DNA from: Candidatus Omnitrophota bacterium
GTDB taxonomy: Bacteria > Ratteibacteria > UBA8468 > MWAK01
NCBI GenBank assembly: GCA_043826355.1
Contig: JBDRQI010000012.1
Location: 1-64,000 of the forward strand
Direction of reading: 5' to 3'
DNA: 64,000 bases
In this document: positions 1 to 10,032 of the stretch, piece by piece
Layout: the number at the start of each line of letters is the position of its first letter
Position numbering within the stretch: position 1 is the first letter of the stretch
Notes under the pieces: model-generated
Told to the model about the DNA's origin: nothing
Database searches by the model: none
What the model saw: only the letters and a program-made list of their open reading frames with translations
Program-made: the position numbers and the translations under genes

Positions 1-940
1 CGCTGTCCACGATTATATGGTAATGGCTTTCGCCTTTGGCTTCAGGGTCCAGGAACAGTTCAATGCAATCACCGTCCCAGACCTGCGTCCCGACCTTCAG
101 GTTTTTCATTTCCGGCTCAAAAACCTTGATTCCGAAATAGACGTTATTGCGGTCGTAGCAGCTCCTTACTTCAACATCCGCCGGCGCTTTCTCTATCTTG
201 CCCAGGACCAGGAAATGGTTGGCAACCTGCAGGCCTTTCCACGCTTCGTCGTCCAGGTTCCCGTCGATTGCCGGCGCCTCTTTGGCGAAGCTGTACAGGG
301 TAAGTTTGTCGCCCGGGGCGACCGCGAACAACGATAGCCGGCCGATACGCAGCTTGCCTGTGTACCGGATATACGTAACCTGGACCATGGCCGAGGAGAT
401 ATCTTTGGTCAGTTTCCATTGCCGGTTAAAGGATTTCCAGTTTTTGTCTTTGGTGGGTTCGAGAGTTACAATCTCATATTGTTTTGTTTGGTCCGGCAGA
501 CTTGGGTCGGGCGAGAGTTCAACCTGAACGGCTAAGATAGCCTTGTCATTACGTAATTGAAGGTCTTCGGTGTAATATTGGCCGGACAGATAAAGGGTTG
601 TGCCTTTGGTTAGTTTTAAGTTATTGACGACCTGGACCATATTGGCCCAGGTGGGGTCGGAGACGTCCTGGTACAGCATGTGCGAATTTCCCTTTTCGTC
701 TTTGGCCGGCATCACCGTGGTGGAGCCGTCTCCGGCCGGAATAACCCATCCATTTGGCTTGTTATCGGTAAGAGCCGCAAAAATTCCGTTGGTAAGAAGC
801 TGCCCCGAGGAAATTTTTACATCTGTTTGCGCCGCGTTCGCGGTTGGTGCGTTTATAACCGACAGATATAGGATGACCATAGCCGAAACAAAAAGCAGGC
901 CAAAACTTTTAGGTGCCGCATTTTTTAAAGAAATACTCAT
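1..940 (-). CDS. Secreted carbohydrate-binding protein (signal peptide + CBM4/9-like domain + CBM9/DOMON-like domain); runs off the window edge, absent from the ORF track
   Basis: Manual translation from ATG at 940 (GGGAGA just upstream) stays open to base 1: MSISLKNAAPKSFGLLFVSAMVILYLSVINAPTANA-AQ..., LLTNGIF...PNGW, then APAIDGNLDDEAWK...YDRNNVYFGIKV...DCIELFLDP. Confidence 0.75.
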   Translation of the reverse strand, partial: MSISLKNAAPKSFGLLFVSAMVILYLSVINAPTANAAQTDVKISSGQLLTNGIFAALTDNKPNGWVIPAGDGSTTVMPAKDEKGNSHMLYQDVSDPTWANMVQVVNNLKLTKGTTLYLSGQYYTEDLQLRNDKAILAVQVELSPDPSLPDQTKQYEIVTLEPTKDKNWKSFNRQWKLTKDISSAMVQVTYIRYTGKLRIGRLSLFAVAPGDKLTLYSFAKEAPAIDGNLDDEAWKGLQVANHFLVLGKIEKAPADVEVRSCYDRNNVYFGIKVFEPEMKNLKVGTQVWDGDCIELFLDPEAKGESHYHIIVDS

Positions 941-1032
941 AGAGTCTCCCATGAAATGCCAATAATTTACAGGACTTTGTTAAATTTTAAAGTTGTCTAA
1001 CTGTTTTTAAAAAAGGATACCTTTCCCGTGTT

Positions 1033-1803
1033 TCAGGGGCAGCTTACAACTTTTCCGTCCGGCAGGACGGCCTGGGAAATTTTGGCTGTGGAGGTTCCCA
1101 GGGTGCTTAGGCTTGCCTGGTTGTAAGTTCCCACGTGGCCGTCAGCGCATAAGACGTTGGCTGTCCGGTTGTGCCGCAAGCAGGTATAAGCGCCTATCAT
1201 AATATACCACTGACCCGCGCCCCCGGGGGGTTTGCCGGGATAGCCGGAATCGGCTACCAGGGGGTAGGTGGAAGGGGAAGAGAGTTTATAGAGCAACAAC
1301 CACCCGTATGGCCCACCCGGCCACGAAGGCGCACCGACATGGGGCGCTCCATCAAAGTTGTAACCGAAAAATCCGTAGGCAGAATACCAGGCATCGGGGA
1401 TGGGGCCGCTGGGGCAGACAAAGACGCCGCCTTTCTTATTGGTCCCTTTCAGGTAGCCAAAGTCATTCAGGGCTTGATTCCATCTGTAGTCTTTTACTGT
1501 ATTCGCCGGTGCATAACCGTGATAATCATTAGCATACATCATAAATGCCATCCCAATCTGTTTCAGGTTGTTCAGACACTGTGCCTGCCGGGCTTTCTCT
1601 CTCGTCTGACTCAAAGCCGGCAGCAGCATCCCGGCTAAGATTGAAATGATAGCTATGGCTGCCAGCAACTCAATCAGGGTGAACCCCCGCTTGTGTTTGG
1701 CCCGCGCCGCTTGGCGGTTTTTACCCGCTGATAAGTGTGTTTCAAAGGAGTTAATGCCCCGCCCGCCTGCGTTCCTAATTAACTGTTTCATAAGTATCAG
1801 CAA
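1033..1803 (-). CDS. Prepilin-type N-terminal cleavage/methylation protein with DUF1559-type domain and C-terminal H-X9-DG motif
   Basis: [58 protein letters not shown]; start may be ATG 1791. Confidence 0.9.
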   Translation of the reverse strand: MLILMKQLIRNAGGRGINSFETHLSAGKNRQAARAKHKRGFTLIELLAAIAIISILAGMLLPALSQTREKARQAQCLNNLKQIGMAFMMYANDYHGYAPANTVKDYRWNQALNDFGYLKGTNKKGGVFVCPSGPIPDAWYSAYGFFGYNFDGAPHVGAPSWPGGPYGWLLLYKLSSPSTYPLVADSGYPGKPPGGAGQWYIMIGAYTCLRHNRTANVLCADGHVGTYNQASLSTLGTSTAKISQAVLPDGKVVSCP

Positions 1804-2608
1804 GGGTAGAAATATCCGCGAACAAGGAAAATGTTTTTTTGGCAGCTTCCTCCAGAGAACTGCTGGAGGGGATATTGTCCACCGCCTCTTTCAACTTCAG
1901 GTACTTTTTTTCTAACTCCGGTATATAGGGCAGCATGATTTCCGCATAGTCCGGGTCCTTGGAAACGGCTGTTTTCAGGTTTTGAATATTTTTTTTCAGC
2001 CGGTCCAATTCCTTGTCCAATAAGGGCTTAAAGAGTTTTCCCTCTCTGATCATTTTATTTGTCTTTTTTTCCATTTCGGCTGCCGCCTCGGTGCTTTCCG
2101 CCAGGGCCAGAATATCCTCATCTGCGCCGATGCCGGATAACTCCTGTTTAACTTCGGCCGCCGAACTTATTTTCCCCGTCTCAATCCTTTTGATAACCTC
2201 CTCCAGCTTCTTTATCTCCTCTCTGGCAGGATAGACCTCTTTAACCAGAGAGAGAACCACCTTTCCGCTCTGATACGCTCCGGTAATATCACCGGCGATA
2301 AAAGAGGAGAGGGTGGCCAGGAAACCAGAATACAGCCTTATTTCCGGCTTTTCGGTCTCCCTGTTGGCAAGTTTCTGCAGGTTGCCTCTGACCGCGGTAT
2401 AGTCTTTTTTGGTATTGGCGGCCAGAAACCGCTGGTATGCTTCCTCAAACTCTTTGGTCAGTTCCGGGACAGACGCGTCGGTGAGGCTTTCTCCGAAAGC
2501 GACCCTCAGGCAGGCTTTCTTAATAAAGTTCTTTCCGACAACAGGGGTAAAGAGAAGGAAAATAATAAACAAGAGAGAGAGGATGAAATAGTACCTTTTC
2601 TTATTCAT
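1775..2608 (-). CDS. Hypothetical helical protein with N-terminal signal/TM segment
   Basis: 277-aa ORF tightly packed between neighbours; basic-hydrophobic N-terminus, Glu/Lys-rich helical body; no family recognised. Confidence 0.65.
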   Translation of the reverse strand: MNKKRYYFILSLLFIIFLLFTPVVGKNFIKKACLRVAFGESLTDASVPELTKEFEEAYQRFLAANTKKDYTAVRGNLQKLANRETEKPEIRLYSGFLATLSSFIAGDITGAYQSGKVVLSLVKEVYPAREEIKKLEEVIKRIETGKISSAAEVKQELSGIGADEDILALAESTEAAAEMEKKTNKMIREGKLFKPLLDKELDRLKKNIQNLKTAVSKDPDYAEIMLPYIPELEKKYLKLKEAVDNIPSSSSLEEAAKKTFSLFADISTLADTYETVN

Positions 2609-2613
2609 TTTAG

Positions 2614-5600
2614 TTATTGGATGTTGGTCGTTTTATTCAGCAGGCGGTCCAATTCCGCCTTCTTGCTCTTTATTCCGGCCTGGTCTGCTTTTCGGAAGGC
2701 AGAATGTAATTCCTCCAAAACGCCAAAGGCGGCAAAGAGCTGTTCCGGGGAGAACTTTTCTTTCAGGGCCTCCAATTCTTTCCGGTAGGCGCTGCAGATT
2801 TTTTCACCCTCTTTTATTAATTGTCCGCAAAGGGAGATTTCCTTCTTTACCCGGAGGGGCGCTGTGCCGTTGAAAGAAAGAAGGAGGGAATAGGTGCCGT
2901 CAGCGAGGCCTTTCGCAGAGAGGGAAAACTCCTCCGACAGGCTTTTGTCGGCGGAGACCTCGCCCTCAAAAACTGCTTCCTTCAACACCTTTCCTTCGTG
3001 GAGGAGCGAAACCCTTCCCTTTAAACCTTTTTCGGGCAGAAAACCGGCTGCCTCCACCCTTCCCCTGATGGCTTCCTCATCCTGAGAAAAGGAAGAAACA
3101 GGCAGGGAAAGGTAAGCGGCCAGCCCATTCTGAAAAGTATCCACTCCGGAGATGCCTTGGAAGAGATAGAGGTCGGTATGGAGAGAGAGGTATTCGTTGG
3201 GCTTTACCTCTTTTTTTGGGGTCCACAGCTCCAGGTTATATTGGCCCCGGCCCATAAAGACATAGACCATTTCCACCTCCTGAAGGGGGAAAGAGGCGAG
3301 AAAGGCAACCTTCGCATCGATGTCAACGCAGGCCGCCCAACCGGCCGCCGGCGTAAAGTAGAAGCTTCCTTCGGTTTCGCCCCAATAAGTAAAGGTCTTC
3401 AACCCTTCCGGGGTGGGAACAAAGAAGGTATCAGCGCCATCGGCCGTCCCACCGACTTGCATGTCAGGGTGAAGACGGAGGGACAAGGCGGTCGGCTTAG
3501 TGTCGCAGTTATACTCCTTCAGGGTGAGGCCTACCTTTGGCTGGTCCTTCTGGAGGGAAAGGCTCTTTTCCAGGAGGAGGTTGTTGTTGGGACTATTCAT
3601 TTTCAGGTCGACCACTATCTCTTCCCGGGTATTTTTCCTGACCTGGTAAGAAAAGGGCTTGTTGTAAAAACTGCCGGCGTAGTTCCCCTCGTTCACCGTA
3701 ATTCCCTGGGTGGAATATTTTCCAAGCGGGACAAGGTGGTTGACTCCTTCCGGAAGGGTGAGGAAATCCCTGATATTGGCGCCTTCCATCGGAAAAACCC
3801 TTAATCCGACCAGGCCATTGGCGAGGAAAAGGCTCTCCTTCTCTTCGGAAAGAGAGCAGGAACTGGAGACAGCGCTGTTCTCTACCTTTTTTATCTCCAC
3901 CCCTATCCATAAGGGGAAGACGGTTTGAATGTCAACGCACTTGACGGAAAAGGCGCCTTCCGGGAAAAAAAAGAGAGACTCTTTACCCGCCTCCATCTTT
4001 CTTCTTAACCTTTTTTCTCCCTTGCTTACCGTGAGATAAGCTTCTCCGGATGAATACTGCTGGCCCGGGATGACCGCGGATTGAAAGAGGAAACCATCTA
4101 TCTCCCTTGGTTGTTCCACCACAAGGTTGCCCTGGAAAGGGAGAGACAGGGAGGCGGTGTCATCATCTTTCCGGCTCTTATTAGAGAAGGTGGCCGGATT
4201 GGCAGAGACGGTCTTTCCGGCCGAGGAGGGTTTTAGCCGGTAGACCCTGCCGCCCGGAGAGGTGACAAGGCCGGTAAAGGAAGTGTAGTTGTTGTCAAAA
4301 GAGGTGGGAATTTTTTCTCCGATAAGGTAATCAATGACCTCCCAGTTTCCTTTGACCTTCAAGGGAAAATCCTTTATTTCCGGCAGCCCCTTCCCTTGCG
4401 GGTAGGCACAGATGAGGTATTTTTCTCCGCGATACTCCCATTCCCTGAGGATAAGGTCTCTGTCCGAGCAGAGGTATTGGGGCGGCAGGAAAATTTCCTC
4501 CCGCACTTTTTTCAGGATAAGGCTGTAGAGGTCTTCATTATTAACCAGGCTAAAGGGTAAGCCGCTGACCAGTATCTTTCCGGAACCGCAAGGGACAGAG
4601 ACCAGGGCCGGCTCTCCGGAGGAGTAGTTGAGGAGCGCCTTCCCTTTTTCCGGGAATATGAGGCCGGGAGAGAAAGCAAACTCCGGGAAAGAGAGGCTGA
4701 CCGCCCGGCCTCCTTCCAAAAGGACGGATTTCTCCTTGACTGAGGCTGCCGGGATAACGCCTGCCTCCTTAAAGAAGAGGCCGGAGGAGCGGCCGTAGTT
4801 ATCGTACCAGCCTGCTTTTCCCTCTAAAAGAAGGTTGCCGCCCTTTTTTACATAATCAAGCAGTCTCTTTTGGAGGTCCTCGGAAAGATAGTCGGCCTGA
4901 GGCAGGATTAAAAGCCGGCAGGAAGAGAAATCATTCCCTTCCAGAATCTCCTCTTCTGCCAGTACCCGGGCCATCTCTTTTTCCTTCAGGAAGAAGCCGT
5001 AGAGGTTGGTGGTGGAGGGGATGTGTGCGGAAAAGGAAGTGACTCCCCAAGCGCCCCAGCCTAACTGATGGTTTCGGGTGGTATCGGAAAACAGTATTCT
5101 TACTGCGGGCTTGCTTCTTTTTCCATCCAGGACGATATGGTCAAAACGGTTAAATTCAGAAACCATGCTCTTTAACTGCCAGCCGTAAAGGGTGGGAATC
5201 CCGGTGGTGTCAACAAAATTTCCCCGAAAGCCGTGCCAGCGCCAAATCCAGAGGTTAAGGCCAACCGAACCGCCGCTCACAATCGTCCAGGCCTCCGCGG
5301 AAAGCATTTTTCTGCCCTCCCGGATATCAGCCGGCGGAACATAAAAGGGACCCCACTCAACGGTGTAGTGGGGTTTATCTGCGGTAAGGTCAAACCAGAG
5401 CCACTCCCCGTTGGGGGGGACACCGAAGGCAGCATCCATTCCGTTAATATCCTGATATTTGGTAAGCTGGTAGAAATTGATACCGTAGGCGGGGTTGGTA
5501 AGGGACCAGGCGGAAACGGTATAGGAGAATGGGATTTCCGGCGCGTATTTTTTGAAAGCCTCGTAGCCAAACCGTATGGCGGAACTGAACCTCTCCGCCC

Positions 5601-7401
5601 GAAACTTTGTCCAGTCCTCCCAGTTGCCGTGCTGTTGGATGGTGGCGGGAGAAGAGGTTAGGAGGACTATCTCAGTAAAATCTTTGTAGCCTGTCTGCCA
5701 CCGTCTGTTGAGTTCTTCAATCTTTTGGTACTTCTCCTTCAGGTAGGCTTGATATTCTTCTCTTGCCTGCTGGCCCCAGAAGTGCATATCCAGGCCCCTT
5801 TCCGAAGCACTCCAGAATCGTAAAACAGGTTCACCCTGCCAGAATTCCACAAACTTCTTAATCTTTTCCTCTTCAGCCTTATAGTCATAGACCTGCCTGG
5901 GCGTCTCTTTTACCTCTCCGGTAGTCAGGTCAAGAAACCCCTGGGAAGGAACTATTGTAAAGGTGGGATTTGAATCTGAGAAGAGAAAGTCAAACCTCAC
6001 CCCTTCCCTTGCTTTTTTTACAGCCGGGTCGTCTTTAAGATAGGAAAGGTCCTTATTCATCCACGAGGAGTAATAGGTGTCGCCACCCAGCTCCTTTATC
6101 GTTTGGAAGAAGTTCTTCCGCAGGGTGTAGAGGCCGATGGGCCAAGATATACCGGCAGCAACCACGAACTTTCCTAACGGGTTTTCTATCTTCACTTCTT
6201 TGGGGTATCCGAGCTTCTCTTTAGAATATTTTTCCCTTAAACCTTTAAGATTTTCGCTCTCTTTCTTTATCCGCAGCAGAAGAAGCTTTCTCAAGACGTC
6301 CTGACCCGGCAGGTCTTTTCCGGCTACAAGGAGAGGGTCAATCTGCTGTTTGTCTGCCGTTATCCTGGAAAGCCCTTCCTCACAGGAGAGAAACTCTTCC
6401 TTCAGTCTTTCAAACCCTTGCATCTCTTTTTGATAGAAGCGGCTGAAGGCAAGGTCCCTTAAAAAGTCAGAGGTTTCAGTGGCCGCCTTACCGAAGTCGC
6501 TGACTGCCTGTTGTAACTGGAGAACTCGCTGGTAGTAAACCGGCGACTCTTCTCCCGGCAACCTCTGCTCGCAGAGTTTCAGGACGGTGTAAAGGACCTC
6601 TTTTCCGGCCGGGCCTTTCAGGAGGCTGGCGCCCACCTGTCCCAAATGGATAAGGGTGGCATTGTTAAAGTAGGCGCTGTGGTACCGGTAGACAAAGAAG
6701 TCGGTCGGTTCCCCGGTTGGCAAAAGATAGACCGGAAAGACGATATTAGCGGCTGTCTCCACGTTCTCCCCGCCGGAAGAACCAAAGTCACTGGGTTGAT
6801 TGAGGTTTATCTTGTCCGGTTGGCCGAGACCTTCCGGGAAAGGTCCGGCGATGGGTGGTAATGCCGGCAACAAATCAGAGGGAATGTCGGGGTTTAGTTT
6901 TGGGGCAGCATTTAGACTTTGGGCTCTTTTCCTGTAAGAGACCCGTACCTGAAGATCGCTGGCACCTGTCCAGGGAGCAAGTTCCCAGCTTTTTTCCCAC
7001 AGTTTCTTCTCCTGGTTATAGTTACAGGCCCAGACCGGAAGGCTTGTGGTGATGATGCTGCCTCCTTCGGCCAGAAATTGACAAAGGGTATAACTGGCCT
7101 CGGTTGGGATGTAGGAACCGTACGGCAGCAGAATGGTGTCAAACCTTTCGTTCTTCAGGTAGTTGGAATCAGCCAGTTCATCGGCGGAGATGAGTTTCAC
7201 CTTAAGGCCGAGGGAGGCAAGGGTTTCCTGATACCAAAGAACGGGCATCGGGCCGCTACCCCCGGGGAATCCTTCCTGATAAAAGAGAGCCACCCTTGTT
7301 TTCTGGATAGCTTTATTTTCGGCAGCCTCTGTTGCCGTTGAAAAAAGAAGATAGAGAGGAAGAAAACCAACCAGTGCCAATCTTTTCCATGTTAAATTCA
7401 T
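2614..7401 (-). CDS. Large secreted multidomain GH42-like (beta-galactosidase-type) glycoside hydrolase with trimerisation domain and C-terminal galactose-mutarotase-like domain
   Basis: Signal peptide; YLKEKYQKIEELNRRW.T.Y.DF.EI...DWTKFR (GH42-like); LLILPQADYLS...LLDYVKKGGNLL (trimerisation domain); LANGLVGLRVFP.EGANI...LHP...YNLELW; GGAGG SD. Confidence 0.7.
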   Translation of the reverse strand: MNLTWKRLALVGFLPLYLLFSTATEAAENKAIQKTRVALFYQEGFPGGSGPMPVLWYQETLASLGLKVKLISADELADSNYLKNERFDTILLPYGSYIPTEASYTLCQFLAEGGSIITTSLPVWACNYNQEKKLWEKSWELAPWTGASDLQVRVSYRKRAQSLNAAPKLNPDIPSDLLPALPPIAGPFPEGLGQPDKINLNQPSDFGSSGGENVETAANIVFPVYLLPTGEPTDFFVYRYHSAYFNNATLIHLGQVGASLLKGPAGKEVLYTVLKLCEQRLPGEESPVYYQRVLQLQQAVSDFGKAATETSDFLRDLAFSRFYQKEMQGFERLKEEFLSCEEGLSRITADKQQIDPLLVAGKDLPGQDVLRKLLLLRIKKESENLKGLREKYSKEKLGYPKEVKIENPLGKFVVAAGISWPIGLYTLRKNFFQTIKELGGDTYYSSWMNKDLSYLKDDPAVKKAREGVRFDFLFSDSNPTFTIVPSQGFLDLTTGEVKETPRQVYDYKAEEEKIKKFVEFWQGEPVLRFWSASERGLDMHFWGQQAREEYQAYLKEKYQKIEELNRRWQTGYKDFTEIVLLTSSPATIQQHGNWEDWTKFRAERFSSAIRFGYEAFKKYAPEIPFSYTVSAWSLTNPAYGINFYQLTKYQDINGMDAAFGVPPNGEWLWFDLTADKPHYTVEWGPFYVPPADIREGRKMLSAEAWTIVSGGSVGLNLWIWRWHGFRGNFVDTTGIPTLYGWQLKSMVSEFNRFDHIVLDGKRSKPAVRILFSDTTRNHQLGWGAWGVTSFSAHIPSTTNLYGFFLKEKEMARVLAEEEILEGNDFSSCRLLILPQADYLSEDLQKRLLDYVKKGGNLLLEGKAGWYDNYGRSSGLFFKEAGVIPAASVKEKSVLLEGGRAVSLSFPEFAFSPGLIFPEKGKALLNYSSGEPALVSVPCGSGKILVSGLPFSLVNNEDLYSLILKKVREEIFLPPQYLCSDRDLILREWEYRGEKYLICAYPQGKGLPEIKDFPLKVKGNWEVIDYLIGEKIPTSFDNNYTSFTGLVTSPGGRVYRLKPSSAGKTVSANPATFSNKSRKDDDTASLSLPFQGNLVVEQPREIDGFLFQSAVIPGQQYSSGEAYLTVSKGEKRLRRKMEAGKESLFFFPEGAFSVKCVDIQTVFPLWIGVEIKKVENSAVSSSCSLSEEKESLFLANGLVGLRVFPMEGANIRDFLTLPEGVNHLVPLGKYSTQGITVNEGNYAGSFYNKPFSYQVRKNTREEIVVDLKMNSPNNNLLLEKSLSLQKDQPKVGLTLKEYNCDTKPTALSLRLHPDMQVGGTADGADTFFVPTPEGLKTFTYWGETEGSFYFTPAAGWAACVDIDAKVAFLASFPLQEVEMVYVFMGRGQYNLELWTPKKEVKPNEYLSLHTDLYLFQGISGVDTFQNGLAAYLSLPVSSFSQDEEAIRGRVEAAGFLPEKGLKGRVSLLHEGKVLKEAVFEGEVSADKSLSEEFSLSAKGLADGTYSLLLSFNGTAPLRVKKEISLCGQLIKEGEKICSAYRKELEALKEKFSPEQLFAAFGVLEELHSAFRKADQAGIKSKKAELDRLLNKTTNIQ

Positions 7402-8318
7402 AACGGACCTCCTGACAATCTTTTATTAGGGAAGTGGTTGTAACCGGTCCGGCCGGGTTTATAAAGACGGCCGGAGGCATCAAATGTTCTGATTCCGGAA
7501 GAACGGCCGGTGACCTTGCCCACCACAAAAAAGTCGGCTTCGCAAACTTCTTTTCCATATTCCGGGTTGACGGTAAAAAGCAGTTCAAACTCTTCTCCGC
7601 TGGTCAGCGCTTTCTCCGGCCGGATATTGGAGACGCAGGGAATTTGAGAAAGAAAAATTTTACCGCCGACCCTGCTCTTTTCCGCAATCCGGGTGAAATC
7701 GCTCAAGAGGCCGTCGGAGATATCAATCATCGCGGTGGCGGAAAAGGAGCGCTTAATCCGCCGCGCCTGACGTATCTTAGGCCGAAAAGAAAGATGAGTT
7801 TTTTCCCCTTTGCCCAGCGGTCCGGAGACACAAATCAGGTCTCCGGGTTGCGCGCCTGACCGCAGGGTCAGGTACTTTTTTTCCACGATGCCCAGGACCG
7901 TGGTTCCGATGACCAGTTTTTCGAAAGCATTGGTGTCTCCGCCCACAATCTTGACGCGGTATTTTCCGGCCAGTTCCGATATTCCCCGGTAAATTTCCCG
8001 GGAATAGGAAATAGTTGTTTTTGACGGGAGTCCGACAAATACCAGTCCGTATTTTGGTATCCCGGCCATCGCCGCGATGTCGGAAATACTTATTGCCAGG
8101 GCTTTCCAGCCAATTTCGTACGGGGAGGTGTCTTCGGTGAAGTGAACCCCGGAAAAGAGCAGGTCGGTTGTCCAGAGAAGGTATTCGTTGCGGCGGTATT
8201 TGATTACGGCGCAATCGTCGCCGACGCCGACCAAAACTTCTTTGTCCGGTTTAAAACCTTTAGTCAGGAGGTTTATCAAACCGAATTCGCCGATGTTTTT
8301 AAGGGATTTCGGAATCAT
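7398..8318 (-). CDS. thiL: Thiamine-monophosphate kinase
   Basis: GEFGLI, GVGDDCAV, SISDIAAMAG.P, IVGGDT, AMIDISDGL, GEEFELLFT, GYNHF. Confidence 0.95.
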   Translation of the reverse strand: MIPKSLKNIGEFGLINLLTKGFKPDKEVLVGVGDDCAVIKYRRNEYLLWTTDLLFSGVHFTEDTSPYEIGWKALAISISDIAAMAGIPKYGLVFVGLPSKTTISYSREIYRGISELAGKYRVKIVGGDTNAFEKLVIGTTVLGIVEKKYLTLRSGAQPGDLICVSGPLGKGEKTHLSFRPKIRQARRIKRSFSATAMIDISDGLLSDFTRIAEKSRVGGKIFLSQIPCVSNIRPEKALTSGEEFELLFTVNPEYGKEVCEADFFVVGKVTGRSSGIRTFDASGRLYKPGRTGYNHFPNKRLSGGPL

Positions 8319-8326
8319 TGTTTGGA

Positions 8327-8383
8327 TGTAGGGGCGGGGTTGTATCCCCGCCCGCGGGAGAGGGGCGTAGCCCCTCCCCTACA
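8327..8383. repeat. GTAG-tagged REP doublet (family A); supplies the argG TAG stop
   Basis: tGTAGgggcggggttgtatccccgccc-gc-gggagaggggcgtagcccctcccCTACa: two inverted hairpins with terminal GTAG/CTAC. Confidence 0.9.
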
Positions 8384-9581
8384 TTTTGTTTTTATTCCGG
8401 CGGCGGCCTTCCAGAAGAAGCGGCAGGCCCAGCAGGTCTATGAACCCGGCGGCTGCGGTGCGGTCAAAGACATCTTTATTTCCGTAGGTGGCGAGCGCTT
8501 CCGAATAGAGAGAATAATCAGAAGAACGGCCTACTACTACCGCTGCGCCCTTATATAATTTCACCTTGATTTTTCCGGAGACGTAACGCTGGGTGGTTGT
8601 AAAGAAGGCATCCAGCGCCTCTTTTTCCTCGGAGAACCAGGTGCCCTGATAGACCAGCCAGGCATAACGGGGCGAAAGCGATTCTTTCAGTTCCCACAGG
8701 CCGCGGGAAAGGACCATTTTTTCCAGTTCCCGGTGGGCGGTAACCAGGATGGTGGCTGCCGGCGCCTCGTATATCTCCCGGCTCTTCAGGCCTACGGTCC
8801 GGTCCTCGACCATGTCAATCCGGCCGACGCCCGCAGAAGCGCCGAGGGAATTCAGTCGTACGATTAATTCCAGGCCGGAGAGTTTTTTCCCGTTCAGCGC
8901 AACCGGTTTGCCGTTTTCAAATCTAATCTCCACCAATACCGGCTTGCTTGGCGCTTTCTCCGGAGATGCGGTAATCTGGTAGGCATTTTCCGGGGGCGCC
9001 GTGTTCGGGTCTTCCAGGAGACCGCACTCAATGGAGATGCCCCAGAGGTTTTCGTCAAGGGAGTAGGGACTTTTTTTGGTTACCGGAATTGGGATTCCGC
9101 GTTTTCTGGCAAATTCAATCTCTTCATCCCGGGTCTTGAATTTCCATTCGCGCAAGGGCGCGATAATCTTTAAATCCGGGGCCAGGGCTTTCCAGGTTAA
9201 TTCAAAACGGACCTGGTCGTTGCCTTTGCCGGTGCAGCCGTGACTGACGTATTTTGCGCCGGTTTTCCGGGCGACCTCAACCACTTTTTGGGCAATCAGG
9301 GGTCGGGAGAGCGCGGTTGCCAGCGGGTATTTTCCCTGATAGAGGGCGTTTGCCGCCAGGGAAGGAAAGACATAGTCGCGGATGAACTCATTCCGCAAGT
9401 CCTCAAAAAAGAAACCGGCCGCGCCGCTCTTCCGGGCTTTTTTTTCGAGAAACTCCGGGTCAATCTTCTGGCCCAGGTTTGCCGTGCAGGCGATGACCGA
9501 AAGGTTATAATTTTCTTTCAGGTAGGGAATGATGACCGACGTATCCAATCCGCCGGAATAGGCTAAGACAACTTTTTCCAT
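8379..9581 (-). CDS. argG: Argininosuccinate synthase
   Basis: VVLAYSGGLDTS, HGCTGKGNDQVRFE, YSLDENLWG, KSREIYEAP; ATG 9581 preferred (GAGGT SD). Confidence 0.97.
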   Translation of the reverse strand: MEKVVLAYSGGLDTSVIIPYLKENYNLSVIACTANLGQKIDPEFLEKKARKSGAAGFFFEDLRNEFIRDYVFPSLAANALYQGKYPLATALSRPLIAQKVVEVARKTGAKYVSHGCTGKGNDQVRFELTWKALAPDLKIIAPLREWKFKTRDEEIEFARKRGIPIPVTKKSPYSLDENLWGISIECGLLEDPNTAPPENAYQITASPEKAPSKPVLVEIRFENGKPVALNGKKLSGLELIVRLNSLGASAGVGRIDMVEDRTVGLKSREIYEAPAATILVTAHRELEKMVLSRGLWELKESLSPRYAWLVYQGTWFSEEKEALDAFFTTTQRYVSGKIKVKLYKGAAVVVGRSSDYSLYSEALATYGNKDVFDRTAAAGFIDLLGLPLLLEGRRRNKNKM

Positions 9582-10018
9582 AAGGCTACCTCGTCGCATT
9601 TAGGGAATTTGGGGCATTTCAGGCAGTCGCCCCAGACTTTGTGAGGAAGGGATTTTCGGCTGATGCGCTCAAAGCCGTATTTCTGAAAAAATTCCGGCTG
9701 GCTGGTAAGCGCAAAGACCTTGGGAAGCGCCAGTCGTTTCGCTTCTTTCAGGGTGGCTTGCAAAAGTTTTGCGCCGATCCCTTTCTTTTGTTGCGCCGGA
9801 AGGACTACCAGGGACCTTACCTCGGCCAGGTCTTCCCAGGCGATGTGCAGACTGCAGCATCCTGTTACCTTTCCGTTTTCTTCGGCGACCAGGAAGTCCC
9901 GGATTGACTCGTAGATTTCCGAGAGGGACCGGGGCAATACGGCGCCCTTTGCCGCCGCCGTATTTATCAAATTGTGAATCGTTTTGGCGTCAATAAGTTT
10001 CGCTTTTCTCGCCTTCAT
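9563..10018 (-). CDS. argA: Short GNAT N-acetyltransferase, probable N-acetylglutamate synthase (short ArgA type)
   Basis: LPRSLSEIYE.IRDF, EDLAEVRSL.V, FF.K.GF, LPHKVW.DC.KCPKFP.CDE; overlaps the argG start. Confidence 0.7.
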   Translation of the reverse strand: MKARKAKLIDAKTIHNLINTAAAKGAVLPRSLSEIYESIRDFLVAEENGKVTGCCSLHIAWEDLAEVRSLVVLPAQQKKGIGAKLLQATLKEAKRLALPKVFALTSQPEFFQKYGFERISRKSLPHKVWGDCLKCPKFPKCDEVALWKKLS

Positions 10019-10032
10019 TGTTTTATGAAAGT

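Noticed and set aside
1220..1229. cccccggggg palindrome in the pilin-like gene
   Set aside because: Explained by Pro-Pro-Gly-Gly codons; no repeat-family tag or flanks.
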